Source: Laetmonice hystrix | Lineage: Eukaryota | DNA: 64,000 nt | Direction: 5' to 3' | NCBI GenBank assembly: GCA_965235115.1 | Contig: OZ249438.1 | Coordinates: 37,882,001 to 37,946,000, forward strand | Shown: positions 50,914 through 64,000 of the stretch, one piece after another | How positions within the stretch are numbered: position 1 is the stretch's first letter | Layout: each line of letters starts with the position of its first letter | Made by a program: the position numbers and the translations under genes | The notes under the pieces: model-generated | The model's database searches: none | Told to the model about the DNA's origin: nothing | The model's input: the letters and a program-made list of their open reading frames with translations, nothing else

Positions 50914-53900
50914 CTTCTCCAGGGATTAAGCTGGGGGTTGGCCTACTTTATAAGGTACATATACATTGTATCTATAGCCGTTGGGTGGGTGCATGGCAGG
51001 GAGGAGGTTGAACGAGACAATATGATCGTCTGTGCAATGATCCTTACCGCCCCATGTTGTGACTTACTCTAGGTCTCGGTAGACTTGGTTGGCTTAGATA
51101 TGGACTCTGGCTATCACACAGGTATATTTGGAACTTGTTTAATTTTTACCTCCGCTTTAAAGATGTTATGTTATTTGCTTGTACTTGGTCAAAAATCCGC
51201 CTCACTGCTTAAATGTATTCTGAATAAGTGAGAAAAGCTGGGGGACTTTTTTGTTTGTTTTTATACAAATTGTCAGTTAGCGAAACGATGGGATTGGAAA
51301 AAAAACCTTTCTTCCATCCATCTATGGTGGGATGACAGATCCTTCAAAAGGTAGCCAGGTGGTGTCGTTGACGGAAATTCGCTCAAGAGACTTGTAGATG
51401 ATGTGAGAATAAAACACGGTTTTAGTCGACCCCCCCCCCCCTCCCAGCTCCTGGCAGTCCATGCTGCATCAGGCGTTTATAGTGACAGCAATAACGTTAT
51501 ACAAGAGGAAACAAAGAGAAAGTAACATGTATAGTTTCAATAAACTACACACAGATGGCACATGATTGGTTTTATTGTGTACCGGCTGAGATGAGGATAT
51601 CAAAAGTTAGCAATACATGAATCTGTGGGTACTTTCATATAGAAATTGGGTAAACATTTTCGCGCCATATTTTGCTTCTAAAGATTGCATGTAAATCAAC
51701 AGGTAAAAAACGGAGTTATTCTATAGTCATACGTGTTCCTTATTTTATGTACCACATAGATTTTATTTTACAATATTTGAGTGTAATATGCGATCAACCA
51801 GCTCTTTCATTTTCTTCCTGTCCATCTCTGTCTCTCTGTGTCTCTCTTTGTCTCTCATTAGCCCCATATGTCGTATATTGTATTATCAATTGTTACCGTT
51901 ATTATTATATATCTGCTCTCTGTCTCTGTTTTTTCTCTGTCTCGTTAGCTCCATACCTATTTATATTGTACTATAAATTGCTACTGTTATTAATATATAT
52001 CCGTCCGTGTGTTTCTTACAACAGGAAGCGTGTCAGAAAAAAAAGCGGTGCACCATAAGAACCATTTTTACAACAATTGGGCGCTGTTGGCGGAGAGGGC
52101 ATTCCCTTTAACGAACCCTTGACGTGTGAAATAAGACGCAGGTGCCAAGGGATCACCGTGGCGTTAATAATTACTTTGTAATTTATTGTATAATCCGTGC
52201 CCACTCTATAGAAGGTCTGGATCGATCATGTGCTGCCCGTATAGGAGGCTGTCTTCCACCCTTACAGCCATGTTTCACTAAGAATGTCCTTTTGTTTAAC
52301 TACTCTAGGTCATTTACGACCACATTGCACGCTGTCGACGTCTTACAATTTTGATCAGTCAGTTGTACTTATGATCCCGGCATTGCCTAACAGAAGTTAA
52401 TTAACAAAATTGAATAAACATTCAAACATTGGTGTATTTATGGACCCATATCCGTGTAAACCACAAAAAGAAAACCCACATTTTCTTTCGACGACATCGG
52501 AATTTCGCCAACAGCCATATGCATACTGGTATTACATTTGTGATTTATTTTAGTAGCCCAAAGCGATCTGTTATGATTACCTTAAATGGAAATTCGATTA
52601 TTTTTCTCAATTTCCCCGAATAATGATGGTCTGTTGCCATAGCAGCTAAATTCTCCATTTGCTATGAACTCTATAAGACAAGAAATGTCTTACTAATTAG
52701 GCACTCACCGTCATTGATGACTGTAAATTTAGAAATTTGATCATTTGCCTGTGATAGTAACAGCGTCCATTGACAGAGTTCCTTTTGTCCAGCGCATTAT
52801 TGTAAAAGGTTTGAGTTGTTTCCGATACAACGCAACTCGTGCGGTCATGAAAGCCCTCAGAGCAGCTGTTATAACGAGGCGTACACCCGAAATATCACTA
52901 TCTCTGTGCTCTGTTTGATCTACGACTGTCGACACGCCTGTAGGACCCGGGAGTCGGGTGGGCGATAAGCGATTACGTTCTAACAACTTTAGAATCATGT
53001 CCCCTTTGCCGCCTGACAGCGTGAATTTCTCATACCTTGATACGGTACGTCATCTCGTATTGAAGTGAAAGATTAAGGTAGGGCACCTGATCCCCTAGAC
53101 GCATTCCCATCGGTTGGAAAGCATGCCAGCGACTCTTTGTCATTGACAGCCATTAAATGTCCACGCGTGTCTGTCGTACTCCTGCCTCAACCCGCAAGAA
53201 ACACGACTCCGACAACAGGCGGGCCTGGCGCCCGGCAATCGCTTCCTCCCGTCATTCTATCCTACACTGAGACGTGTTCAGCATATCCGTATTGTTCAAA
53301 ACATATTGTGACTGAACGGCCACAGCGGAAACAGAAAATACACTGATGATACACTATACATCGATGTGGTCTAGCTCGTCGCTATTCATTAGTCCTCATT
53401 TCTGGCCCATCTACTGTATAATAGGTTGTATCTGGTCAACAGCTGGTTAAGGAATGCACGCTGCCAGTGCCCGGATGATGAAAACCCTATACTGGTTAAT
53501 TCCCTATGAATTAGTGATCAGAGAAAAGGTTTTCACCAAAGGAACAGTAAACTGTTGACAGAGAGCGTGGAAATGACGCTAGGAGGGACGGAGGGACGGA
53601 GGAAGGGGCGGAGGGATATTTTATGTTCGGATACATGTTACGATATTAGGTTAATGGCCACTTGAAACGTCACGTCCTGAACGTGCAAGATCACTTTCAA
53701 ATGTTGGCAATTAATTTATCAGAGTGTGAGAAAGGCACCACAGCGTGAACACGGATAGGCATACCAGATGTAACCCCAGGGTAGAGCGCTTTTTGTACCG
53801 GAAGCAGCGCCGCCAAGAGAATTCCTTTTCTGTTCCCATGGTGACCATACTGGACCTAAAAGGGAACATGGTTATTGATCTTGTCGAAAGGATGTAGCTG

Positions 53901-54419
53901 ACATTACGTCTCCACGATATCTATAATGCGCTAGGAATTGAGTGGCCCTTTGTTATAATATGCCAGGTGTAAGAGCCTATAATATATGTGTGCATCTATA
54001 GATATAAACTAACCACCCTAATCATCGGGATCGTCACAATAGTCCGAGTATACATCATCCAGAGATATACTGGCAATAAGAACAGAACCTAAAGTTAACT
54101 GTTCAAAGCCAAATTGGCCACATTAGGCTAGAGTGTGTACAGGGCCTGCCTCAGACCGGGTGATTAAACTAATGATATAACACCCCGAAATAACACAGCA
54201 CGATGTTTTCTCGGTTAAATACTGTATCCAAGGAAACGCCCTACTTCCTGTCATGTTCGACCTGCGTCTGCTCCGGTAGCTATAGGCTCCGAGACGCCAA
54301 TAACACCACTTGTACAGTTGTCATGTGACCACCGTATCTTCATTGCTCAGATACATCGCGTCATCAAGTCACGTGGTTGGAATAACGAATTTAGGCGATG
54401 AGGGAATCGGAAAGGAGGC

Positions 54420-55220
54420 CGTATTGACTGCTATACACCAAACGCTGTCCGTTACTGACGGACATACGTACCGTATTGACTGCTATACACCAAACGCTGT
54501 CCGTTAATGACGGACATACGTACCGTATTGACTGCTATACACCAAACGCTGTCCGTTAGTGACGGACATACGTACCGTATTGACTGCTATAGTACACCAA
54601 ACGCTGTCAGTTAGTGACGGACATACGTACCGTATTGACTGCTATAGTACACCAAACGCTGTCCGTTACTGACGGACATACGTACCGTATTGACTGCTAT
54701 ACACCAAACGCTGTCCGTTACTGACGGACATACGTACCGTATTGACTGCTATACACCAAACGCTGTCCGTTAATGACCGACATACGTACCGTATTGACTG
54801 CTATACACCAAACGCTGTCCGTTAATGACGGACATTCGTACCGTATTGACTGCTATACACCAAACGCTGTCAGTTAGTGACGGACATACGTACCGTATTG
54901 ACTGCTATAGTACACCAAACGCTGCCCGTTACTGACAGACATACGTACCGTATTGACTGCTATACACCAAACGCTGTCCGTTAGTGACGGACACACGTAC
55001 CGTATTGACTGCTATACACCAAACGCTGCCCGTTACTGACGGACATACGTACCGTATTGATTGCTATACACCAAACGCTGTCCGTTACTGACGGACATAC
55101 GTACCGTATTGACTGCTATACACCAAACGCTGTCCGTTACTGACGGACATACGTACCGTATTGACTGCTATACACCAAACGCTGTCCGTTAGTGACGGAC
55201 ACACGTACCGTATTGACTGC
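54420..55220. repeat. 52-bp minisatellite with internal hairpin, ~15 copies
   Basis: Unit GTATTGACTGCTATACACCAAACGCTGTCCGTTACTGACGGACATACGTACC, containing TGTCCGT-N5-ACGGACA. Confidence 0.95.
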
Positions 55221-55296
55221 AAACTCAGCCAGCCTCACCGTACTGATAGAGTCCTAATGGCCGCGACCTGGGCCCCCAGCGGGTAGTGAAAGGTGC

Positions 55297-55775
55297 TTAC
55301 TGAACCTACCAACTCAATAAGGCTCGTCTTACTGAACCCACCAACCGAAGGTTCGCCTTACTGAACCCTCCAACCCAAGGTTCGCCTTACTGAACCCACC
55401 AACCCAAGGTTCGCCTTACTGAACCCACCAACCCAAGGTTAGCCTTACTCAACCCACCAACCCAAGGTTAGCCTTACTCAACCCACCAACCCAAGGTTAG
55501 CCTTACTCAACCCACCAACCCAAGGTTAGCCTTACTCAACCCACCAACCCAAGGTTAGCCTTACTCAACCCACCAACCCAAGGTTAGCCTTACTCAACCC
55601 ACCAACCCAAGGTTAGCCTTACTCAACCCACCAACCCAAGGTTAGCCTTACTCAACCCACCAACCCAAGGTTAGCCTTACTCAACCCACCAACCCAAGGT
55701 TAGCCTTACTCAACCCACCAACCCAAGGTTAGACTTACTGAACCCACCAACTCGGGGCTCGTCTTACTGAACCCA
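55297..55775. repeat. 29-bp minisatellite, ~16 copies
   Basis: Unit TTACTCAACCCACCAACCCAAGGTTAGCC. Confidence 0.95.
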
Positions 55776-56014
55776 CAACCAAAAGCCGGCAGTACCGAAG
55801 CCAAGGCGAACCGTACCGAAAGCAACGGCGCCGTAATGAACCCAGAGCGAACCATCCTGAGCCGGGCTCTCCCCACGGGCGGGCAATCCGATCACAAATA
55901 ACACACTTCCGACGTCCATTATATTACGACACGCCACAGGTACAAAGAGATCGGCTTTTAACCGCTGCCCCCGAGCTAATGAAATCTGACTGCTTAATGG
56001 CAGCTGAAAGACAC

Positions 56015-56297
56015 ATATGGACAGGGATTCCTACAAATTACACGGCTTGCTGATCGAAGACAAAATATGGACAGGGATTCGTACAACTTACACGGCTTGC
56101 TGATCGAAGACAAATATGGACAGGGATTCGTACAACTTACACGGCTTGCTGATCGAAGACAAAATATGGACAGGGATTCGTACAACTTACACGGCTTGCT
56201 GATCGAAGACAAAATATGGACAGGGATTCGTACAACTTACACGGCTTGCTGATCGAAGACAAATATGGACAGGGATTCGTTTAACCTACACGGATTC
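56015..56297. repeat. 49-50-bp minisatellite, ~5.5 copies
   Basis: Unit ATATGGACAGGGATTCGTACAACTTACACGGCTTGCTGATCGAAGACAAA. Confidence 0.92.
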
Positions 56298-57567
56298 CCT
56301 CTCAGCTGTAGCCTGCGTACAATACCTTGGACGGTCCCGTGGCGTGAGTGAATGAGTTAGGCTGAGGCCACACCATGAGCTGCGGCTGTGGTGTAGCATT
56401 GCTCAAGCGATAGCCAAGCTTTGAGCTGTGAGGCGATGGTGGCCACACCAAAAGCGATAATCGCTGGCTGTCCATGCGTTTCCCTCTTGAGGTCGAGAGG
56501 TCAAATATCGGGGCTCGAGCTGTGAGCGTTGAATACATTTGGGAAATGTTGTGTAAAAAATTTACTTCTTGAAAAATATACCGCGTCACCGCGTTCTCGG
56601 TCTCGATCTCGGGGGGGGGGGGATCTTAACTCTCTATGCCGAGTGAGGGGAGTGGGCGAGTGGGTGTGTAAATCTCCTTGTAACTCTGGCAAGCATTGGC
56701 CGCTACGTTTTTTTATTTTGTGTGTGACAAACTTTTTATATAGGTTGCCCAGTCTCATGACGATAGGAAGAGGTATATTGTGGACAGGGTTCCAATGTGC
56801 GGTTATTTTAATGGAACCTTCATGTGAAGGTGCGCTATGTAATGTAGAAAATGACCGAGTCATTAGATGATAGATTTATGGCCAATGTACAGGCATGATT
56901 GCACTTGCTCTCCCGCCGGGGATCTGCTGCGGGAGAGAGAGATAGGGAGAGAGGGAGAAAGGGAGAGAAAGAGAGGGAGATAGATGGATAGAGGGGGAGA
57001 GATAGAGATATATATAGGGAGAGAGAGAGAGAGGCAGAGGCAGACGGCGGGCAGGGCACGAGGTCTGGGCGATGTCTGGTTCGGGGACCATTCTGTTCAT
57101 CGATCACCGCTCAGATGAAACGTTCTACAACGTCCCAACATATACACATACCAGCTACTTACTCACGCTCGACAACACCCCATTCTGGAAATACATGGGC
57201 TGGCAATGAATGAACCGCTGATCTCTGCTGTGCATGTTGTACGATTCGATCAGAAAGCTGATTTCAGTAACAAAATGACACGGGGTCGTGAAGAGTCAGA
57301 GTAGATTACTAACTCCAAGAATCGTTTGACTGGAAGTGACGAGGCCAATTACTACTTTAAATGGGAGGTAAAACAGGATAATGTGCAGAAAGTATTGAAA
57401 AAAATTCTCTTATATGACCATTTGGTTGATGACCAATATATTACCATAAAGATAATCATCGTATAGCCTAAATTAGCTATAAATATCATGGTTTTCCATC
57501 GACTAATGACAAAACAACCACACAACCGGGTAAACGGCGAGTTTCACTTCAATGGGAAATATCGGTT

Positions 57568-57665
57568 TATGCCCGCGAATATCGCAAGGAATTATACCCG
57601 CGAATATCGCAAGGAAGTATGCCCGCGAATATCGCAAGGAACTATACCCGCGAATATCGCAAGTA
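57568..57665. repeat. ~26-bp tandem repeat, 4 copies
   Basis: Unit ACCCGCGAATATCGCAAGGAA(C/T)TAT. Confidence 0.85.
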
Positions 57666-58335
57666 AGTATATACCCAACATGACGAAATTAGTGGCAGCC
57701 TTCTATAGTTATAGAATTTAATTTTCATGCAAGTGTGTTTTGGGAATATATTTTAGGTTTGAATAGCTTTCGACATCATTGCCAAAAAACTATACAAAAT
57801 GCAAACTTTGCATGACAGATCAAAATTATACCGGAATGTATTTTTAACTGTTTGCCTCCAAATGTTCTATCTGACATGTCATATAAAAAAAAACACCATA
57901 TTGTGTGCAGAGATATATAATCTGGTGTGTAAACGGAATGCCGGCGTGCCTCTCATATACTGGATGGTTATGATAACATAAATACAAGGTGTCAGACCTG
58001 CCGCTTCTTTCTCGTCCGACGATCTGTGGACACAGCGACGACACGATGTAATCCAGGGCACTGCGCTCCCTTTCATCTCAGAGATGTCTCACATAGAGTT
58101 TTCTTCTTCATATCTCTGAGCCGTCTTATAGTTAGAGCGGTGTTTCTCCTTCATAACTCGGAGATATCTTAGAGCGGTATTTCTCCTTCATAACTGGGAG
58201 TTCGTATCCCGTAGACGTCCTATTCACATATTCTATGATTTGCCACCTAATTTTTCCAAGAGTTCTTGAAGATCTTAAAGGAGAAGACCAGTCAAAAATC
58301 ACATTTGGACAGCTGCAAGGCCTCTATATACTCAC

Positions 58336-58475
58336 CTTTCAGAGTAGTGGCTAAAAAAAAAATTCCCCCCATTCCAAGAAGCGATATGTTGAACATGACA
58401 ACCGTGTCAAAATCACTGGCTTCAGCGGCGCAGCCATTTGATGCTATTGGGCTGGCCGGAAGTGACGTACCCGGG
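58336..58475 (-). promoter_or_regulatory. Housekeeping-type promoter (ETS-CRE composite, CCAAT) with a candidate first exon
   Basis: CCGGAAGTGACGTAC at 58456-58470; minus-strand CCAAT; AAATGGCTGCG start at 58437 (MAAPLKPVILTRLS...); GTGAGT donor at 58335. Confidence 0.45.
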
Positions 58476-60707
58476 CTAATCTACTGCATGACGGGGCTAG
58501 GCTAGACTAGACTAAAGTAGGCCTAAAGGCAGCTGAGGCGCGTGGTAAAATCAACGGGGGTCAGTCCCACAGTCACAGTCACAACTAAAACAGGTCTGTG
58601 CTGACACAGGAGCCTGACACTGCCAGCACCCGCCCGCGGTCGAAGCCACTGTTAGGGCCCGGCCCAGTGGCCCTGCAAGCCCCGTCAACATCGATCACCT
58701 CCAAGCGGGACGAATTGAATGCCGGCGGCCGAAACCCATGGCTGGAGCTTGCCCAGATCCGTGTCCACCCTGATATAGATCTATCCCCTGACATCGGTAG
58801 GCTTAATTCCTAGCCATTCCTCATCACTATGATCGATGGTTTTCGTCGATGTTCTAACAAATTTTGCTTATAAAAATAAGCTGTCAACGTTCGGTCAACG
58901 CAACAGGTGCATCAGTTTTTTGTTCCTCCCAAACTGGAGAGCAGTGGTTGGAGCATGCGCAATGTGAGATTACTCAGATTAGCCCAAGGAGCAGACAGCT
59001 AATGGCCGCCATCACCAGCGGAGCAGGTTCTAAGCAGGCTCCGGCACTAAAGTGCTTATATCTTAACTATTTGAGCACCAATTGTGTTCAAATATTGTTT
59101 AAATTGCTTAGAATATCACGGCCTGTGTGCTTTGCCTGTACACACTGGCGGTGGTCTTTTCTTTTAAAATAAATTTGACAATTCTGAAGTGTTGCGTTTT
59201 TTGTTATTTTAGACAAAGACAAGACTTTAAGGGCCATGACAGGACAATGTGCCCAGTAAGGACATGCAGGACGTAACAGGCTCTGTGGTAGACTATATAA
59301 TCATCTTTAATCATCTTTACTGCCTGACGCGATTCAGTTTATCCCAGGCATTTTATTCTTTCTTATCTCTTTCATATTTGATGAGACTCAACAATAGCAA
59401 TTTACTTTTCCTTTGTCTTTTATGACATAATCTTCTACTCATAATCCAACCTCTGAGTGAACATGGATACTTGACTGCAATAATATTTTCTGGCATATCC
59501 ATTTCGTCAATGTAAGTAAATAAAATTAAATTATTTTTAATGATAGATGGTGATGGCATTCCCAGCCCGAGAGCTCAGCGAGAACGCCCAAAGCTCACAG
59601 CAGAATTGAAGAACAACGTGATTTGTCGGGTGTTGGTGAGATTCTCGCGACCATATTGGTGGTCTTATCGTAAACTGTTTGCAAAACGTGTTCATAAAAA
59701 TTGGATTGGTCCGGTAACGAACCGTCGCTATGCTCTTGCCGGGTGGCGATCTGCTGAACTCAGACCTGCCCCCGAGCCCGGACATGGAGCGGCCAAACGG
59801 AAGACTGAGTGGGAGGCCGGGTAGGAGATCAACCAGGAGGGCAGTCAGCTAGCCGGGCGGGGAGGTGGAAGAGGCGGCCACAGGTTGGCCACAACCGGGG
59901 CGAGGGCTGGCCTTCCATTGCCCGTCTCTTCCGCCGCCATCAGGCGAGGCATGCCGCCTTTAATTTGGTCCTACCACCGTCTGATTGAAAGACAACTGAG
60001 CGGGCGGCCTTACGGAGCGGTTGGTGTGACCTTCACCGTGAGGTTTCATTCTATGAGGTGTCCAGGTCGAGGAAAGCCCCATCCTTGCTTGATGCCGGAG
60101 TAACCTTGGCACGCTATTTACTATTTGCTTGTACTGAAGCCGAACAGCGTTCAAACGTCTGAATCGTGTATTGAGAAAAAGTAGATCTCTTGCCATTTAC
60201 ATGCTGTCTCAAGATACGCCGGACGGCACGCTCCGTATGCTTCCGTTTCATCGCGTCAGAGAAAATCAACTGAGGAAGATAGTGAGAGATAAAAAATGGA
60301 AAGGGAGAAAACGATCTTGAAAACAGTACCTTCTTTGTTCAGTCAACGGGCAAACAATACCTGTAATGTAGTAGGTGTCGCAATGGCGTTAGCTTCATTG
60401 CAACCTTCGCCTTCTTGTTCGTATAACCAGAAATGAAGTTATTATAATACCTTCATCGTTTAATCTAACATGCTATACGCAGACGCAGAAGAAACATTTG
60501 TTTGCTAATTGGTTATTTTTTTAGTTTATGAGATTCTGATTGGGTCGCATACTCACCCCATGCTAGATTTGGATAGGTGTGCGCCCCCCCCCCCCCCGTT
60601 CCCCACATCCTGAATCCGCCACTGTAAATTGCAGAGGGAAATTTTTTAAACCATTGTCCGAGATCAGGAGGATTTAAGGAAAGTCGATTTGTGACCGCCT
60701 GGGATAC

Positions 60708-62133
60708 CTGAGCTAATAGCTGACGTATACGTGGCTGAATGTGGAGTAGTTAGGACTGGATAATCCCATCATTAGGGCCAGTTTAACTCAGGTTCACTGT
60801 CATTCTCCAGCCCCTGCCCACCTTGTTACAGTAAGACCCGCTCGTCAGGGAAAGAAGATTTAATGGTTCAAAGAAGATTTCCTCAAGCAATGCAGCAAGG
60901 CAATCAGAGGATTTCTGAGCTGAGACGATGGTGAAATAAAGCAAGGAGGAGCACTCCGGACTCTGGAGGTATAGGTAACCCACACCAGAACTTGAACCCC
61001 GAATTCTCTGAGGGTGTAATCATATAACTAAAGATGACAGGGTGCAACGCTGAGACTCCAGAACGCCCTCGTCGTGTGCACGGATGCACGTATTTGGCTT
61101 TAAAGATGAACCGTACGTTCATGTTTGCGAGTTGTAATTGCACTTCATTTGCGGGTGGTTGATCTAAGATAAAGGTGGCGTTAATTACAGTGCACTGACA
61201 CACCTACATCTACGTGAAGAAATCTGTGGCCCTGCCACTCTTTGAGTAAGGTGTGTTCCTTCAGCCCTGCTTCCTTTCTGTTGAGATCAGAGATACACAT
61301 AGAAAACCGTTCATGATTGAGAGTGGCTTTGGTGCTTTTTTAATGAACTGTAGGAAAGTAGTACGTCAGTATGTATAGGTATAGTGAACACACACATTTC
61401 CCAGAACCAGAGAGGAATCTGACGCCTAACAATGTCTGCACTGAAAATNNNNNNNNNNNNNNNNNNNNNNNNNNNNNNNNNNNNNNNNNNNNNNNNNNNN
61501 NNNNNNNNNNNNNNNNNNNNNNNNNNNNNNNNNNNNNNNNNNNNNNNNNNNNNNNNNNNNNNNNNNNNNNNNNNNNNNNNNNNNNNNNNNNNNNNNNNNN
61601 NNNNNNNNNNNNNNNNNNNNNNNNNNNNNNNNNNNNNNNNNNNNNNNNNNNNNNNNNNNNNNNNNNNNNNNNNNNNNNNNNNNNNNNNNNNNNNNNNNNN
61701 NNNNNNNNNNNNNNNNNNNNNNNNNNNNNNNNNNNNNNNNNNNNNNNNNNNNNNNNNNNNNNNNNNNNNNNNNNNNNNNNNNNNNAGGTTCACGAAAGCG
61801 ATATTTCTCTTACTGTTCCCTGGAGGACGCCTGGGGGAGACCAGAGGTTCACTAAAGCAACATTTCTCTGAAGACGCCTGGGGGAGATCAGAGGTTCACG
61901 GAAGCGATACACCGCATGCGTATCCCCAGAATAGGTGATCTAGGTCATAGAGACGCGACCAAGACCGCCATATTTTGGTGTGAAATTGAGACCGAGGCAC
62001 GTAATCTCAAGACACCGATATTCCTCCTCCGCAAACAACAGAGCAACATGCATGATGATAACAAGATTCTCTGACATGGTGTGACCTCAACAGATAGGTG
62101 TGCGATGTCTGTATCATGGTTTTGAATTCTGAT
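60708..62133 (-). CDS. Candidate exons of an unidentified minus-strand gene (partial)
   Basis: Phase-consistent GT-AG exons 62133-62086, 61277-61204, 61163-61117, 61027-60986, 60914-60822, 60734-60708 give SEFKTMIQTSHTYLLRKEAGLKEHTLLKEWQGHRFLHVDVDQPPANEVQLQLANMNLYDYTLREFGVQVLKSSDCLAALLEEIFFEPLNLLSLTSGSYCNKPRIRQLLAQ. No homologue recognised; the model spans an N gap. Confidence 0.35.
61449..61786. other. Assembly gap (N run), flanked by tandem repeats on the right
   Basis: Run of N; GAGGTTCAC...GACGCCTGGGGGAGA repeats at 61787-61905. Confidence 1.
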
Positions 62134-62701
62134 CTGAGGTCGGATGGAAAAGATATCGAATCGTTAGACACACAGCAAGTGGCTTCATTAGACACACAGC
62201 AAGTGGCTTCGCGTGTAGAATGTAGCGCTTGGGTTAGCTTCAGGGTGGATGTAGAACATCTCACATAAAACTAGTTTTTACAACGTACGAAGATACGTGC
62301 ACAGGGGTGGATCGTTTTTGCGGAGGGGGGGGCACACCCCGCCTAAATATTTCTCAACTAACGTCGAAATCCATCGGTGACGGTGCAGTTAAACGTCATG
62401 CAATCTGTATAGAAACGCGACGCCCGGGCAGCGTTTGCAGTGTTTAATGGAGGAAGACGAGGCGATGGAAGTCAAGTAAAGACGGGAAAAGGTGAGATTG
62501 AGCGAGATTTGACGAGGAGGAGACCATGGAGGTTGTTAGGCTGACTTTGGTCCACCTGCCTCCAGTAAACACGACAGAACACACGCACTGCGCGGCCGAC
62601 CAACACGCGCACACAAACACAAACACGCAGCACGATCGAGCCTCTGGTAGTTCATTCACCTCTCGCCAGGGGCATTCCTCTCTCCAGGGCCCGGTTTTTT
62701 G

Positions 62702-62937
62702 GTTTACTTTTCCACCGTGAGCAAGGGTGAGCTGAGCTGAGCAAGCGTGAGCATGAGCTCATTCTCACCGTTTTCGTGTTTTTTAGGTTGCTTTTTTCCA
62801 TGAGGCGTGCTTATGGTGAGCAAGCTCACGGAAAAACAACAAAAAAAAAACGAAAACAGTGAGCAAAACGGTGAGCATGAGCTTCTGCTCACCCTTGCTC
62901 AGCTCAGCTCACCCTTGCTCACGGTGGAAAAGTAAAC
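62702..62937. mobile_element. Palindromic MITE
   Basis: GTTTACTTTTCCACCGTGAGCAAGGGTGAGCTGAGCTGAGCAAG at the left is the reverse complement of CTTGCTCAGCTCAGCTCACCCTTGCTCACGGTGGAAAAGTAAAC at the right. Confidence 0.8.
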
Positions 62938-64000
62938 AAAAAAACGTAAACACCAATTCTTAACCGACATTTAAGGATGCTAAAATTATTGGATTCGTTT
63001 TATTTTGTCGATTTTTCTTGCTACATTTCCCAGCGCAGCAAAAAATTCATTGAGTCTTTAAATCATGATTCAATGATGATTAAAAAAAGAGCTCAACATG
63101 AATTTGTCGCAATTGATTCACAGCGGAAGTTTGTTCATGAGCATTGCTCCAATTCGATGCGTCCCATAAAAAACTCCCCTGCAAAAACGACCTGACTTAC
63201 TAAACCGGATGAGTTCAAGGATTATGATTCGTCCAGGGGCGTGTGGTGGGGTGTGTGTGTGGGGGGGGGGGGGTGTGCACATATCAGTGCTACTATTGAG
63301 TATAGTCTGGAAGGGACCCAGTCAACCTCCCCCAATTTTGTCCCCATATCATACTGCTAGAGTCAGTTTTTCTACTGCTCAGCTGAACATTCCAGCCATC
63401 CTCCTAAATGGCTAAACTTTATACTTTAGTATTCAACCCTTGGAATGTAGGCTAATGGCAGATATGTGTATTCTAAAAACCACAGTAAAGTATTTGTCTG
63501 TACATGTATATCAAGTCTTGGTTTTCACATTTATGGAAGGTTCTCGAAGGTTACTCTAGTATTAGAAGTGGCAAATGGCAAAAAAGTTTATCTGTCCCTG
63601 CAGTTCAATGACAAACTGCATGCAGAACATGCGAGACTTGGGCAGACGGTGAATGAATCGTTTTGTGATGTGCAGATTTACCTGGAATGAAGCGGTTTGC
63701 CATTTGCTGATGATCGTGAACCCGATCTTCCATTCCACAGATTCGTGGTCACATGAGCCGCGCGGTACCACCGTATGACCAGCAGGTCAATGACTTGTTT
63801 TCCGTCAGGAACAGATCGTCAGGTGTTGGTTTACCGTTCTAGACCGACCTGTATGACGGCGAATCTATACGGGGAGCTAGACCAAGCAGGCATCGACCCA
63901 CAGCTGCGATAAGATAGATTTTCTTTATCAGAAAGCAGTCGGGGTCCTTTTGAAGTAAATACGAACGTTTGAGACGTTCTCAAACGTTATTTTAATGACC

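Noticed and set aside
54420-55220. CRISPR-like array of palindromic repeats (also 37819-39262 and 12500-12925)
   Set aside because: Units abut with no unique spacers, there are no cas genes, and the context is eukaryotic; these are minisatellites.
56302-56520. Beta-hexosaminidase N-terminal-like VWPQP motif
   Set aside because: Only a 5-residue match; no GH20 catalytic exons found and no in-phase continuation.
58085-58220. Second exon of the MAAP gene
   Set aside because: It consists of 37- and 43-bp degenerate tandem duplications with stops in the tested frames.
60180-60225. Resemblance to the 18S rRNA 5' end (GATCTCTTGCCA...CATGCTGTCTCAAGAT)
   Set aside because: It needs several gaps within ~45 nt and similarity does not continue downstream; no other rRNA segments are present.

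Overview
This is eukaryotic, intron-rich animal DNA, probably from an invertebrate (inferred from GT-AG spliced genes, abundant MITEs and minisatellites, and three N gaps). The species cannot be identified from the sequence, and most ORFs in the supplied track are artefacts. Four spliced genes can be rebuilt by hand with consistent exon phases. (1) 16-12333 (+): the 3' part of a Cys-rich repeat gene. It alternates 11/17-nt micro-exons with 49-100-nt exons inside a ~3.4-3.9-kb, 8-exon cassette present in 3 full copies plus 1 partial copy, and ends in two WR1/lustrin-like domains. (2) 15669-18314 (-): a 5-methylthioribose kinase (MtnK/MTK)-like gene with altered substrate motifs; its first exon was not found. 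(3) and (4) 25662-31196 and 33933-41507 (-): two complete, diverged 13-exon SLC18B1 (vesicular polyamine transporter-like) paralogues. The rest of the window holds many minisatellites (two seeded from splice acceptors), non-autonomous TIR elements including a 1.9-kb foldback element with a 4-bp TSD, a hammerhead-ribozyme-like core, CTCF-like motifs, and weakly supported exons of unidentified minus-strand genes at 51-62 kb.
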